Origin: Heteronotia binoei
Lineage: Eukaryota
DNA length: 64,000 bases
Direction: 5' to 3'
Assembly: GCF_032191835.1 (NCBI RefSeq)
Contig: NC_083232.1
Coordinates: forward strand, 92,752,001-92,816,000
Part shown: positions 24,511 through 36,620 of the stretch, piece by piece
How the letters are laid out: every line of letters starts with the position of its first letter
How positions within the stretch are numbered: the stretch's first letter is position 1
Made by a program: the position numbers and the translations under genes
The notes under the pieces: generated by a model
What the model was told of the DNA's origin: nothing
Seen by the model: the letters and a program-made list of their open reading frames with translations, nothing else
Databases searched by the model: none

Positions 24511-24803
24511 AGTGAGCAAGGTTTTGCGGAGCTTTTGTGTTCTGTGCAGTAGCTGAGGGAATCACTGCCTGACGACTGACAGATGCTCAAGGAAGGGACG
24601 CTTGCTGAGAGGGAGAACAAGAGGAACTTCCCCAGCAAAAGGGACAAGCTCACTCATGAGAAGCGTATTTGTGTTGTAAACGTTGAGCGAGTTTTGACCT
24701 TGTAAACTTTGGGTTACATTGACTTTGTGAAGTAAATAAAACCTGTTTTCTCTTCACAAACTTGCATTTGCCTGCTGAAATTTAAAGAACTTGGGCATTT
24801 ACA
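24511..24803 (+). mobile_element. 3' half of an ERV LTR (truncated paralog of 48460-48969)
   Basis: AATAAA signal and a ...GCATTTACA terminus, nearly identical to 48679-48969. Confidence 0.7.
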
Positions 24804-24804
24804 C

Positions 24805-25445
24805 CCCTCTGCTTTCAAAGCTGCTTCCTCCCTGGCATCAGTCCTGCGATTGCCAAAATCTAGAGTCCAGCCAATAGAGCCCCTATGGCACATCTACAAG
24901 AACTGCCCCATAGTCAAAACTGATGCTGGAACAAAAGCTGAATCACCCAATTCCATGGTATTTCTACCTTCGATTAAATAATGTGAAGGCTCGCATGCAA
25001 ACTTTGAAAAACTTTAGTGCCCCCCACTTCTGAAACACTCATAGACAACATGGGACACAACTCCAAAGGTTTGACTTCCAATAGTTACAACATTTGAGTT
25101 CAACAAGATGCTGACAAAGCCTTACGTTTTTTCATGAGAATAGCAGGCAGATTATAAAACTATGATTACCAGTGACCAATGGAATAAAATTTGGTCTTCT
25201 CCAAATTTGGTTAAACTCTCCAATCATTATTACGATGAAACGGCAGTATTACAAAATCCTCACTCGTTGGTCCTTTACTTCCAAGAAACTGGCTTTAATC
25301 TCACCCGCTCCTTCTCCCTTGCGTTAGAAGCAATGTGGGTACTTAGGCTCCTGTGGCACATTGCTGGTGGGCTGCAAAGTTATAGAAAACTTTTGGCATG
25401 ACATTCTTCTACAAATGCAGCTGCTCATCACAGAATACAGGACTT
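24805..25445 (+). mobile_element. L1-clade LINE ORF2 C-terminal fragment (paralog 48970-49620)
   Basis: Frameshifted QWNKIWSS...KILTRWSFT..KLALISP..SPLC.KQCGYLGSCxHI..GCKVIENFWHDI, matching the L1 C-terminal Cys-rich domain. Confidence 0.7.
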
Positions 25446-25659
25446 CACTCTCACAAGAAGGGATCTTCCTAAACATCTGCCAGGATAAATCCGGACAATC
25501 AGGTGGGACTTAATACTGAGCCTTGTATAGACACGCACAAACATATATAGAGACTGAGTCCTTTTGGGTTGCAATGCCTGCTCCCGGGAGATTTCCCTGC
25601 AAAGGAGTCTTTGCAAGGTCAGATTTTTTTCCCTTTCAGAACAATATGGGCATAATCAG

Positions 25660-25870
25660 AAATGCCTCTGGCAATTACTTTTTTATAATAAGAGCTGTTC
25701 AACAGTGGAATCAGCTACCTAGAGAGGTCAGGAACTCCCCCTCACTGGCTGTCTTCAAGCAGCAGCTGGACAAACTCTTGTCAGGGGGATGCTCTAGGCC
25801 GATCCTTATTGAGCAAGGAGTTGGACTATTTGGCCTGTTTGGTCCCTTCCAACTCTGTGATTCTATGATC
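25660..25870 (+). mobile_element. CR1 3' fragment (paralog 49830-50040)
   Basis: FFIIRAVQQWNQLPREVRNSPSLAVFKQQLDK and a TTCTATGAT tail. Confidence 0.85.
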
Positions 25871-26244
25871 CCCAGAACAATATTCGAGCCCAGGAACGTC
25901 TTCTAGACCAACAAAAATGTTGTGAGTCAAAACTCACTTCATCCACTACCTATCCAGAGTATATCTCTTCTTAAAATTTGGATTCATAAAAGTTTATGCC
26001 CTGAAAAGTTTTGATCCTTTTTGAGGCAGCTGAATGGGCTTAAATTGTGTTCTGCTAACTCTGGATTCGCCAGCCTTTCTGAGCCTGCAGCCACCTCGGG
26101 AATCCCAGCACAGGGCAGCAGGAACAACCACAACATGGCTGTTGCAGGAGTCGAAGCCAGTCACAAAATAACAGACAGTATTGCAGTTATGTCTAACTAT
26201 AATAGTAAAAATGCAGCATTTCAAGCAAAAGCTCTATCCAGTTT

Positions 26245-26515
26245 GCTGCAGTGGTTAAATGCACGAACTCTTATCCCGGAGAACCGGGTTTGATTCCCCA
26301 CTCCCCCATTTGCAGCTCTTGGAATGGCCTTGGGTTCAGCCACAGCTTTTGTAGGAGTTGTTCTTGAAAGGGCAGCTGCTGTAAGAGCTCACTCTGCTCC
26401 ACCCACCACACAGGGTGTCTATTGTGGGGGGGGCAGGAAGGTAAAGGAGATAGTAACCGCTTTGAGACTGAGATTCAGAGTACAGGGCGGGATATAAATC
26501 CAATATCTTCTTCAC
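26245..26515 (+). mobile_element. Squam3C-like SINE (paralog 50418-50692)
   Basis: AGTTTGCTGCAGTGGTTAA...GGTTTGATTCCCCACTCC...GATATAAATCCAATATCTTC. Confidence 0.85.
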
Positions 26516-26539
26516 TCAAATTTTATCATGGCACCAAGC

Positions 26540-28110
26540 CAGTAAAAACAGTAACTATGACAACCAGTATGGACAAATTTGTTAAAATATAAAAACCATG
26601 GTCCAAGTTTAAATACTATTTTCTTTTTGGATGCAGTAATGAGATGCACAAAATTTAGTTACATGTTTGATAATCATCTGATTTTTACTTGATAGTGGAT
26701 AATTAGAATAAGCTACACTTTCCCCCCAGCAAACTGGGTACTCATTTTACTGACCTCGGAAGGATGGAAGGCTGAATCAACCTTGAGCTGGCTACCTGAA
26801 CCCAGCTTCCACTGGGATTGAACTCAGGTCATAAGCAGAGCTTGCACTGCAGTACTGCAGCTTTACCACTCTGCACCACCGGGGAAGGCAATGGCAAACC
26901 AACCCATTAAAAGGACAGCCACGAAAACCTCATGATGTGGCATCACCCCATGGGTCGGAAAGAACTTGATTCTTGCACAGGGGACTACCTTTATCTTTTA
27001 ATTGACATAATCAGAGTCCGTCAGACCAGGCATTACCTTAAGCAGGGGTAAAATATATTTGTCTCAAACCAACTTATACCCTGGGCACCTGAGGAACACA
27101 TATTGAATGGTTTCAACTTCCCCCAAATCACACTGACAAAGTCTCTGATTGAAAAGTATCTTCCTGTATCTCCCCTCAAGCACAGCCGAGGGAAGGGCAC
27201 CGGCTTGCTAGGGTGAAGGCTTTTCTCTTCTTGTGGTCCTCTGAGTTGGAAAGGTAAGCAGGAGAGACAAGTCAGTACCTGATTTGCTCAGGTGCTAAAT
27301 AGCCTGGGTGTTAAGCAAGACTGGAGTGTCTCTCAGTGTCCATTACTCTTTATTTTTTTTTTGTAGCAGGAGCTCCTTTGCATATTAGGCTACACCCAGC
27401 TAATGTAGTCCATCCTCCAAGAGCTTACAGGGCTCTTCTTACAGGGTCTATTGGAAGCTCTAGGAGGACTGGCTACATCAAAGCGGTGCAGCCTAATATG
27501 CAAAGCAGTTCCTGCTCCAAAAAAAGCCCTGGTTTCAGCACTGTCTTGGCCTGATCCCTGCTAAAGGCCAAAACAGCTTGGGGAGGAACTCCAAGAAAAT
27601 TTAGTTTCTTGTGGACTGCCTTCAACCACTTAGATTGAAAATCATCTAATATCAGAGTTGATGTTAAGCCAGTATCTAAGGGAAGGCAGGGTAACTCTAG
27701 CTTCTACCGTTTTCGGTCTGATCATGGCATTAGACACCCCTTGGGACCTGAAGAGCACCCCTTAAGGATTTAGCCCAAACCCATTTGAGAGGAAGAAACG
27801 ATGAAGATGAAGACGAGGGGTCCAGAAAAAACACCATAAAGCATTTGAGAAATTACTTTCGGCTGAAATAATCTTTGTGCTGCTGGTATGAAATGGGACT
27901 CTTTTGGGCATAGAAATTTATGTATCACATTTTGCAGCTCTTTCTCCTTGTACTGCTACAAATTCATTACGGGCGTTCCTTGCCCCAGAGGCTTCAAAGG
28001 CCATGCCCAGATATTAGTAGCTAGATGCCTGCTCCAATGGATGTCCATCAATAGCCCAGAATATCTTCTGTTGCCTATTTCCAAAAGCCATAAATTTGGC
28101 TGTTTCTAAT
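26540..28110 (-). mobile_element. Non-LTR retrotransposon ORF2 3' fragment, clade uncertain (RTE-X/Daphne-like; paralog ~50715-52280)
   Basis: Minus-strand WAIDGHPLEQ..Y.YLG..LEASG and LEGRYRKILFNQRLCQCDLGEVDTIEHVFLRCPGY (CCHC zinc finger). It is interrupted by a Sauria SINE and a MITE. Confidence 0.7.
26711..27000. mobile_element. Sauria SINE with inverted 5' half (paralog 50889-51171)
   Basis: Head on the minus strand (26711-26880) and tail on the plus strand (26881-27000). The paralog shows a 12-bp TSD. Confidence 0.8.
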
Positions 28111-28357
28111 TGATTTTCACCACAAAAGCTCTCTTAAGACCGACTGGTGTCCTAGCTAGGATCACCACGTCATCTGCACATAGGAGAATAGAGATGTGTG
28201 GTTGGTGTATTTTAGGAGGGTGNNNNNNNNNNNNNNNNNNNNNNNNNNNNNNNNNNNNNNNNNNNNNNNNNNNNNNNNNNNNNNNNNNNNNNNNNNNNNN
28301 NNNNNNNNNNNNNNNNNNNNNNNNNNNNNNNNNNNNNNNNNNNNNNNNNNNNNNNNN

Positions 28358-28645
28358 ACCTCTAGGGTCATCTAGTCCAACCCCCTGAATAAAGCAGGAA
28401 ACTCACAAACACTGCCCCCTAAATTCACAGGATCTTCATTGTCAGATGGCCATCTAGCCTCTGTTTAAAACCCTCCAAGGAAGGAGAGCCCACCACCTCC
28501 CCAGGAAGCCTGTTCCACTGAGGAATCGCTCTAACAGTCAGGAAGTTCTTCCTAATGTTGAGCCAGAAACTCTTTTGATTTCATTTCAACCCATTGGTTC
28601 TGGTTCTACCTTCCGGGGCCACAGAAAACAATTCCACACCATCCT
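28358..28645 (-). mobile_element. CR1 3' fragment (paralog 52543-52830)
   Basis: ELFSVVPEGRARTNRLKLNQKSLWLNVRKNFLTVKAIPQWNRLPGEVVGPPSLECFKQRLD in the paralog. Confidence 0.88.
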
Positions 28646-30574
28646 CTATAGGAAGAAAGGGAGGGAGGGAGGAAGGGAAAAAGGAAGGGAGAGAGGGAGG
28701 GAGGGAGGGGAGGCAGAAAGAAAGCAACTGCAACTTTAAATGCATTCTCCAAGCCATTGGTGGTGGGGACTGCGAGATCCACAAGATATGTGTGAAAGAA
28801 CCACACGTAGCTCCTGAGCCACAATATGGCCACCCCTGATGTAGTCAAGCATTCTCTTTACAACAACATCAAAGCAAGATGTCTTCATGGCCACAAAGTC
28901 CCTTCCTTGCTCTCTACCCTTAGCAATGAGGGTTCAGCAGAATATTGTTTCCATCCATGAGAGTTTCAGTTATGATAACTAATACCAGATACATCTTTTC
29001 TCCGTGCATCTGTCAGATAAAACCATCTCTGCCATTGGACATCACCTCGACTCGGAGTAGGAAACAGCTTATTAAGTGATATAATATAAATTCTGGGAGG
29101 GGGAAGGGGGCTTTCTGCAAACAGTATTTATGACGAGGAACCATGTCAGGCCATTGAAATATTTCTGCCTCTGAAGAAGAAGCAGATCATGAAAGCGTTT
29201 CAGAAGGTGGGTGCAGGCTGCATCGGAGAACTGCGTGAAGATCTTCAGTTCCAGAAGCAGAAAGAGAAGGCAATAAAATTAAAGAGATTGGGGGAGGAGG
29301 GAGGTTTTCAAAAACATTCACTTGCTACATAAATTCATTGCAGAAAGTAACCCACAGCATCACCTCCTGCCAATCTCATTTGGTTTCACTCTTCCCAGGG
29401 ATGAGGCCAGGGAAACGGACACCATTAGCACACCTCTATAGTCCAAGGATAGGCAATCGATGAGCCCCCCACCCCTCCTACACACAAATACCATGGCTAC
29501 ATGACCATTTTGGTGGTCTAGGAAATAATGGAAAGAAATGACAGCTGTGCTTGGCCAAAGACAATGGGGGCAAGCCAACTCCCAGCTCATGCTCAACACA
29601 GCTGCTTCTGTGTGTGCCCAAAAGCCAGTGATGACCATAAGCTGCATCTGTCACCTTCTCCTAGGCCACTGTCCTCAGTGGTGCTCAGCTGGATTGCCCA
29701 AGAAGAGAACGAGCTCTGCTTGCGGAGAGGAATGGTCTGGTGTGCATCTCTTTGGAATTGGGTTGCCTGTTCCTGCTCTGGAAGTACATTTTACTCCTCT
29801 ACTCAAAGGTGTAGTCTCTGCTCCCCCACCACCACCACCAAATCAGCTGCCAGAACAATGGATAGGCAAGTTCCTTGCAACTGTAGAAGAACCCAGGACA
29901 TTACCCCAACATCTCCCCTCCTCTGCCTTTGCAGGGATGAAGGTCTAAGCTTTCTGGCAGTGGTCTATGTCAGGGGTGGCCAAGGGTAGCTCTCCAGATG
30001 TTTTTAGCCTNNNNNNNNNNNNNNNNNNNNNNNNNNNNNNNNNNNNNNNNNNNNNNNNNNNNNNNNNNNNNNNNNNNNNNNNNNNNNNNNNNNNNNNNNN
30101 NNNNNNNNNNNNNNNNNNNNNNNNNNNNNNNNNNNNNNNNNNNNNNNNNNNNNNNNNNNNNNNNNNNNNNNNNNNNNNNNNNNNNNNNNNNNNNNNNNNN
30201 NNNNNNNNNNNNNNNNNNNNNNNNNNNNNNNNNNNNNNNNNNNNNNNNNNNNNNNNNNNNNNNNNNNNNGGTGGAAAGAAAGGAATTTTAACTTTAAATG
30301 CATTCTCCAAGTCAGCGGCTGGCTTGGCATGTAGAAGCGATTTAAAGAGACAAATGCCTTCTCCAAGCTAGCCAATGGGGTTGTGGGAGCTTTGAGACTG
30401 GCTATTCAACATTACAAAATAAGAACTGCACGAGATTTTCAGCCTTCAATCATTAAGCCTTAAAACTGCTAAACATCTTTTGGTTCTGCCATCAAGCTGC
30501 AGCCACTTACAGCAACCCCCGTAGAATTTTCAAGGCCAGAGACACGTAGAAGCGGCTGCCTCTGTGTAGAGACC

Positions 30575-30890
30575 GTGGAATCCCTTGGTGGTCTCCATGC
30601 AAATACTAATCCTACCTGATCTGGCTTAGCGAATGAGATCTGGTAAGATGGGGCCAGCCTGGGCTATGCGGATCACAGCAAACCTCCTAGCGGAAAGGGC
30701 CATCATGTCAAAGCTGACTTAAGACGCCCCGTGGGGTTCTCAGGTCAAGAGACGCTGAGGGGTGGTTTGCTGCTGCCTGCCCCCACATCACACCCCTGGT
30801 ATGCCTTGGAGGTCTCCCATCCAAATACTAGCTGGCTTCGCTTCTGCGATCTGATGAGATCAGGCTACCGTGGGCTACCCAAGTCAAAGT
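30575..30890 (-). mobile_element. Two 5S-derived SINE copies (paralog 54785-55090)
   Basis: The minus strand reads GATCTCATCAGATCGCAGAAGCGAAGCC..TAGTATTTGGATGGGAGACC. Confidence 0.7.
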
Positions 30891-32489
30891 AAACATCCTT
30901 GTAAAGGGTGACCAAGATCTCTAGAATAACTCTCTTAATCTTATGGAATGAGACACCCACACACACACGCAGAAACACACACACACCCTCCCCGCTTAGC
31001 ATCGTGCTGCAGAGGATAAAAAACAACCCCAATCCAGGGGAGGGAATAGAGAGCAGCTCCAGGGCATGGCTCTTTTGGGTTCTTATCGCCTTAAGACTGC
31101 AATCACGCACGCTAAATAATGCAGCTTCAATCCACTTTTATTGCAATTTCCAACTGGATTTTGCCGTGTGAACTGGCAAGACCCAGTAAGAGACTGCACT
31201 GAAAGTGGATTGAAATGGCACTATTTAGCATGTGTGATGGCAGCCAAAGTTTCACTGTCCCCGTCAGGGGTTGTGGGGAAATAGGAGCAGGAGAGCTATC
31301 GCATCCTGGGCTGAGTCCAGGCCCAAAAGACTGGGGTGTGCATTATTTCACCAGCGACACCGATGGGGAAGGGATTCCTGGTCAGCATGAATCAATCTTC
31401 TGACCAAGATTCAGTGACTGAAAAGCCCCTTCCTTCCATTTTATGCTTCTGCAGCAGCAACGGACGGGGTGGATTCCCCACAGGTGGAAAACTCCAGAAC
31501 CCATTGTGATGCTGCCTCGGAACCTGGCCGGGCTGGGCAGATGGGAGATTCACCCACAGCCAACTGCCATTTGATGCCAGGGCTTTGTCGAGGAGACAGT
31601 TACATTTTCTGCTTTAGCTGGCATCAAAGCAAATTCAATATGGATGNNNNNNNNNNNNNNNNNNNNNNNNNNNNNNNNNNNNNNNNNNNNNNNNNNNNNN
31701 NNNNNNNNNNNNNNNNNNNNNNNNNNNNNNNNNNNNNNNNNNNNNNNNNNNNNNNNNNNNNNNNNNNNNNNNNNNNNNNNNNNNNNNNNNNNNNNNNNGC
31801 ACATAAAATCCACTGCAGAGATAAAAGGGGAGAGAAGTTTTGGGGAAATTAGTTCTAACGATGGGAGAAACCATCCCAAGGAGAGCCCTGCTGGGTCAGA
31901 TCAAGAAGGCCCCTCGAGCTCAGCCTCCTGTTTCTGAGAGAGACCGGCAAGATGTCACTTAAGAAGCCGGCAGGCAGGGCAGAGAAAGGAGATCCACCTC
32001 TCTTCCTTCTCTCTAGCGTTTCAAACTCAGGGCAAGACTGCCCGGTGCCATCACAGGCAGGATAGAAGGCAGGTGCCCAACAACTGCGTAGGGAAAGACA
32101 TGAAGATTTGAGGGATAGAGCCCATTAAGTGGAAGGGGAGTCCTCCACCTTCCTAAACTGCAATTTCCTACAGGGAAACTGATTTCTATAGTCTAGAAAC
32201 CACTTGTAATTCCAGGAGATTCACACACACACACACCCTGGAGACTGGTCTCAGTTGCCTTGTAGAGGAGGAGAGGAGAAGGCCCCTTTCCCATGGCTGG
32301 CTCTCTGGAAAAGAAACTGGCCTGCTGGTTATAGAAGAAAGACAAGGTGCCCCTCGCCTGGCTCTTCTCCTCCAACTCCTGGTACTCAAAGGCAGACTGT
32401 TTCTGAACCACTCGTTCTGATTTATGGCCCTTGGATCAATGGCTGCCATATTGTGGATGATTTCCATGGGGGGAAAGAGAAAAACAAAT

Positions 32490-33645
32490 CACCAAAGCTT
32501 GGGAGTAATGGAGTAAAAGGACGGGTCCTCTTGTGGATCAAAAACTGGCTGATTAATAGGAGGCAGTGAGTGAGTATAAATGAGCAGACTTCTCAGTGGA
32601 GGACGGTAAGCAGTGGGGTGCCGCAGGGCTCAGTACTGGGTCCCATGCTCTTTAACTTGTTCATAAATGATTTGGAGTTGGGAGTGAGCAGTGAAGTGGC
32701 CAAGTTTGCAAATGACACTAAATTGTTCAGGGTGGTGAGAACCAGAGGGGATTGTGAGGCACTCCAAAGGGCTGGGTTGAGGCTGGGTAAGTGGGCGTCA
32801 ACGTGGCAGATGAGGTTCAATATGGCCAAGTGCAAAGTAATGCACATTGGGACCAAGAACCCCAGGTACAAATACAAGTTGATGGGGTGTGAACTGGCAG
32901 AGACTGACCAAGAAAGACATCTTGGGGTCATGGTAGATAAGTCACTGAAAATGTCAAGACAGTGTGCGAATGCAATAAAAAAGGCCAACGCCACGCTGGG
33001 AATTAATAGGAAGCGAATTGATAACAAATCAGCCACTATCATAATGCCCCTTTATATACCGATGGTGTGGTCTCAATTGGAGTACCGTGTGCAGTTCTGG
33101 TCACCGCACCTCAAAAAGGATATTATAGCATTGGAGAAAGTCTAGAAAATGGCAACTACAACGATTGAAGGGTTGGAACACGTTCCCTATGAAGAAAGGT
33201 TGAAACGCTTGGGGCTCTTTGGCTTGGAGAAACGTCGACTGCGGGGTGATATGACAGGTTTACAAGATAATGTATGGGATGGAGAAAGTAGAGAAAGAAG
33301 TACTTTTCTCCCTTTCTCACAGTACAAGAACTCATGGGCATTCGATGAAATTGCTGAGCAGACAGGTTAAAATGGATAAAAGGAAGTACTTCTTCACCCA
33401 AAGGGTGATTAAAAGGTGGAATTCAGTGCCACAGGAGGTGGTGGCAGCTACAAGCATAGACAGCTTCAAGAGGGGGTTAGATAAAAATATGGAGCAGAGG
33501 TCCATCAGTGGCTATTAGCCACAGTTTGTTTGTGTGTGTGTGTGTATGTATATATAATTTTTTTTTTGGCCACTTTGTGACACAGAGTGTTGGACTGGAT
33601 GGGCCATTGGCCTGATCCAACATGGCTTCTCTTATGTTCTTACCA
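32490..33645 (+). mobile_element. CR1 LINE RT-containing 3' fragment inserted upstream of exon B in unit 2
   Basis: SSGVPQGSVLGPMLFNLFINDLELGVSSEVAKFANDTKLFRVV (FADD decayed to FAND). It is absent at the homologous site in unit 1 (~21215). Confidence 0.95.
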
Positions 33646-33721
33646 ATAGGTTCTTGCCCCTACAGATATTATGATTATGATTACTACTACTACTACTACT
33701 GCTACTGCTATTACTATTATT

Positions 33722-34495
33722 ACAGTGTGCGATTGCAATAAAAAAGGCCAACGCCATGCTGGGAATTATTAGGAAGGGAACTGAAAACAAATCAGCCACT
33801 ATCATTTTGCCCCTGCATAAATCGATGGTGCGGTCTCATTTGGAATACTGTGTATGATTCTGGTCACCGCACTTCAAAAAGGATATTATAGCACTGGAAA
33901 AAGTCCAGAAAAGGGCAACTAGAATGGTTCAAGGCTTGGAACACTTTCCCTATGAAGAAAGGTTAAAACGCTTGGGGCTCTTTGGCTTGGAGAAACGTCG
34001 ACTGCGGGGTGACATGATAGAGGTTTACAAGACTACGCATGGGATGGAGAAAGTAGAGAAAGAAGTACTTTTCTCCCTTTCTCACAATACAAGCATTCAT
34101 GGGCATTCAATGACATTGCTGAGCAGTCGGGTTATAACAGATAAAAGAAAGTACTTCTTCCCCCAAAGGGTGATTAACATGTGGAGTACACTGCCACAGG
34201 AGGTGGTGGTGGCGGCTACAAGCATAGCCAGCTTCAACAGGGGATTAGATAAACATATGGAGCAGCGGTCCATCAGTGGCTATTAGCCACAGCATAGTGT
34301 TGGAACTGTCTGGGGCAGTGATGCTCTGTATCCTTGGTACTCTGCGGGGGCGACAAAGTGGAAGGGCTTCTAGTCCCACTTCTGAACCTCCTGATGGCAC
34401 TTGGGGTTTCTTTTCTTTTTTTTTGGCCACTGTGTGTCACACAGTGTTGAACTGGATCGGCCACTGGCCTGATCCAACATGGTTTCTCTTATGTT
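33722..34495 (+). mobile_element. Second CR1 3' fragment inserted into a microsatellite upstream of exon B
   Basis: MVQGLEHFPYEERLKRLGLFGLEKRRLRGDMIEVYK. It is absent in unit 1. Confidence 0.95.
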
Positions 34496-34514
34496 TTTAT
34501 TATTTAGACTGCAG

Positions 34515-34597
34515 ACTCCAATCGATATGATGAAGTATGGCGTTACATCGTTGAAAACGACCTCATCGTCGAGGATCTGGAGGAGGTCTCCAGTGAG
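34515..34597 (+). CDS. Exon B (unit 2)
   Basis: CTGCAG|...GAG|GTAAGG, 83 nt: (D)SNRYDEVWRYIVENDLIVEDLEEVSSE. Confidence 0.6.
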
Positions 34598-35466
34598 GTA
34601 AGGGACCGAGAGAGGAATACAGACCCACAGGCAGGCAGTGAGAACCTGCTGGGGCCTGGAAATGAGTCAGGGAGGGGGGAAAGGCACAACAGAAGTCCTC
34701 TTGTGGAAGCTGTCGATGAAGAAGAATGCCTGGGAAGACAGCGGAAATATACATTCTTTGATAATAAACAAGAACACCAGAGATCCTTTTTGGATGAACA
34801 CCTCAACTGAACGTTCTTTGTGCTAATGCTGTGACCCATCAGTGTACTAAGGGAACTTCCACAAACATATCAAGCTGCCTTTAGTAGACTGAGACACTTG
34901 GTTTGATGCTTACCTTTCGTTTGACTTAACTTTGACTGGCTGTAGCTCACCTCTTCCCCTGTACCTGATGCCTGAGATCTCCTTAAGTGGAAAATGAACA
35001 GGAGGCCTCCTGCATGCCGAACAGGGGCTCTACCCATTGAGCCCTCCTACCAACCAACCATCCACTGTGAAACCAGATCAGCCTCTGGGGTTGCCTTAGG
35101 CAGAGTCAGATCATCGTTCCCCACTAGCACTCCTGGGCCTCTGGAAGAGAGAACTTTGAGATCCTTCAAAGATGCCAGGAACTGAATAGGGGACCTTCCG
35201 TACATGCTCTGGTGCCGAGGTGCAGCCCTCCATGTTCTAAGCAGACTTCAGTAGTCCACAGCATGACTGGATGCGGGGTGGGGGCTGAATGTCTTCTCCA
35301 GAGCCACCTAAGAAGTAAATAGCCAAGACCAGAAGAGGTCTGTGACACCTCCTTGGAGGTAGCAACGCTTGCATGGAAATGACAGAGGGGTTCATGCTGT
35401 TCACTGTCTCAGAATATCTGCTCTTGCAAAAAGTCTGAAGCTTTCCTTTGTTTCCTCACCTTCCAG

Positions 35467-35562
35467 ACCTCCATATCAAGCTGCTCAACGACCAGCCCCG
35501 TGGTCTCCAGCAGTGACTCCATCCAGCGATCTGATGGAGTCCATGATACCATCCTGCTGGAG
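35467..35562 (+). CDS. Exon D (unit 2)
   Basis: 96 nt, phase 0-0: TSISSCSTTSPVVSSSDSIQRSDGVHDTILLE. Confidence 0.55.
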
Positions 35563-36435
35563 GTAGGCCAGGCCCAGTCCCAACTCCTCATCCTGTCAGT
35601 GACTGCAAGGAGACCAAGAGGGTTGGGGACCTGCCCTCCTTGATGGTTTCTCCCCACCTTCTTTTACTCCTTCTGTGTGCAGAAGCTCTCCTGAGCCCTC
35701 CAGAGAGCCCAGTCTTCCACAAGTCCCTCTCATCCATGGGTCACTTCATGACTATGCGGATGAATATGTTTGGATACAGGCATAGCTGCTGTGCTCCCTT
35801 TGGTACCCTGTGCATAATTCTGGGCTCTCCACTTACAAAAGGAGCTCGCAGAGTGCAGCAGTGAAAAGTTCAGAAAGGACCAGCCATAAGAAGCCAAATG
35901 CTGGAACTCCTTCCCTACAGGAGAAGGCTAAAACGTTTAGGCTTTTCAGCTGAGGAGAAAGTGGAGTGAAAATGCATGGGAAGTAGCTAGCCCAAGTGTC
36001 TGCTTTGACTAGGCAGCTTCCCTGGGATCCCCTGTGGATCCTCCTGCTTTGGAGACAGACACAAGATCCAAAGAGATCTGAACCCTGCAGCGACAGCTTC
36101 TCCTCCTTTCCAGAAGAAGCTGCTGGTGCGAGGAACAGATTGTTCGGTCCAGGAGGGAATCCTCCCCGCTTTCCCAGCTGGCTGTGAGAATGCTGATTGG
36201 CTGGCCTGAGGGACAATCCTAAGGCCCTGCCCCCTTGGCTCGATGGAGTCTTGCTTGGCTGGCCTTTACAATGACCTCCAAGCCATCTCCCTGCCTCTCA
36301 TCTGCCTGGCAAGAGTACTGCATGCGTCTTCCAGAACTGTGCCCCATTTCCTTCAGATAAATCCAGTTCCCAGAATTCCCCGCTCAGAAGCCTTCTTAGC
36401 ACAGGCTCATTTGGTGGCCTCTCTTTTGATTTCAG

Positions 36436-36620
36436 ACCCAGCCTGCACCGGAGAGGCCCACGCCAGCACCCCTCCCCCAGGAAACCAGCAGTGAGGGGGA
36501 TCAGCCCACACCATCGGCTGATCCGCCAAATAACACCAGGCGCCCCTCCTGCTGGTCATTTCTATCTCGCCTGGGGGGGTGGGTGGCCGGAAGATCTAGC
36601 GCCTCTCCGAGAAACATCGT
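36436..36620 (+). pseudogene. Exon A (unit 2), truncated and fused to antisense DIRS sequence
   Basis: TQPAPERPTPAPLPQETSS...SASPRNIV, then a switch to sequence matching 43915 onward. Confidence 0.55.

Larger units (their letters stand above)
24511..31603 (+). repeat. Segmental duplication, copy 1 (~7.1 kb)
   Basis: Colinear with 48679-55811, with the same order of LTR, L1, CR1, SINEs and MITEs and two N-gaps at homologous positions. Frequent substitutions separate the copies. Confidence 0.95.
33720..36620 (+). repeat. Near-identical duplication, copy 1 (copy 2 at 37644-40520, offset ~3.92 kb)
   Basis: Colinear, with only scattered single-base differences and a short indel. Confidence 0.95.

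Noticed and set aside
29120-29212. Candidate upstream exon ending TTTCAGAAG|GTGGGT (paralog ~53300-53378)
   Set aside because: The open frame gives phase 0, whereas exon B needs phase 1; the phase-1 frame has a stop. It could not be linked.
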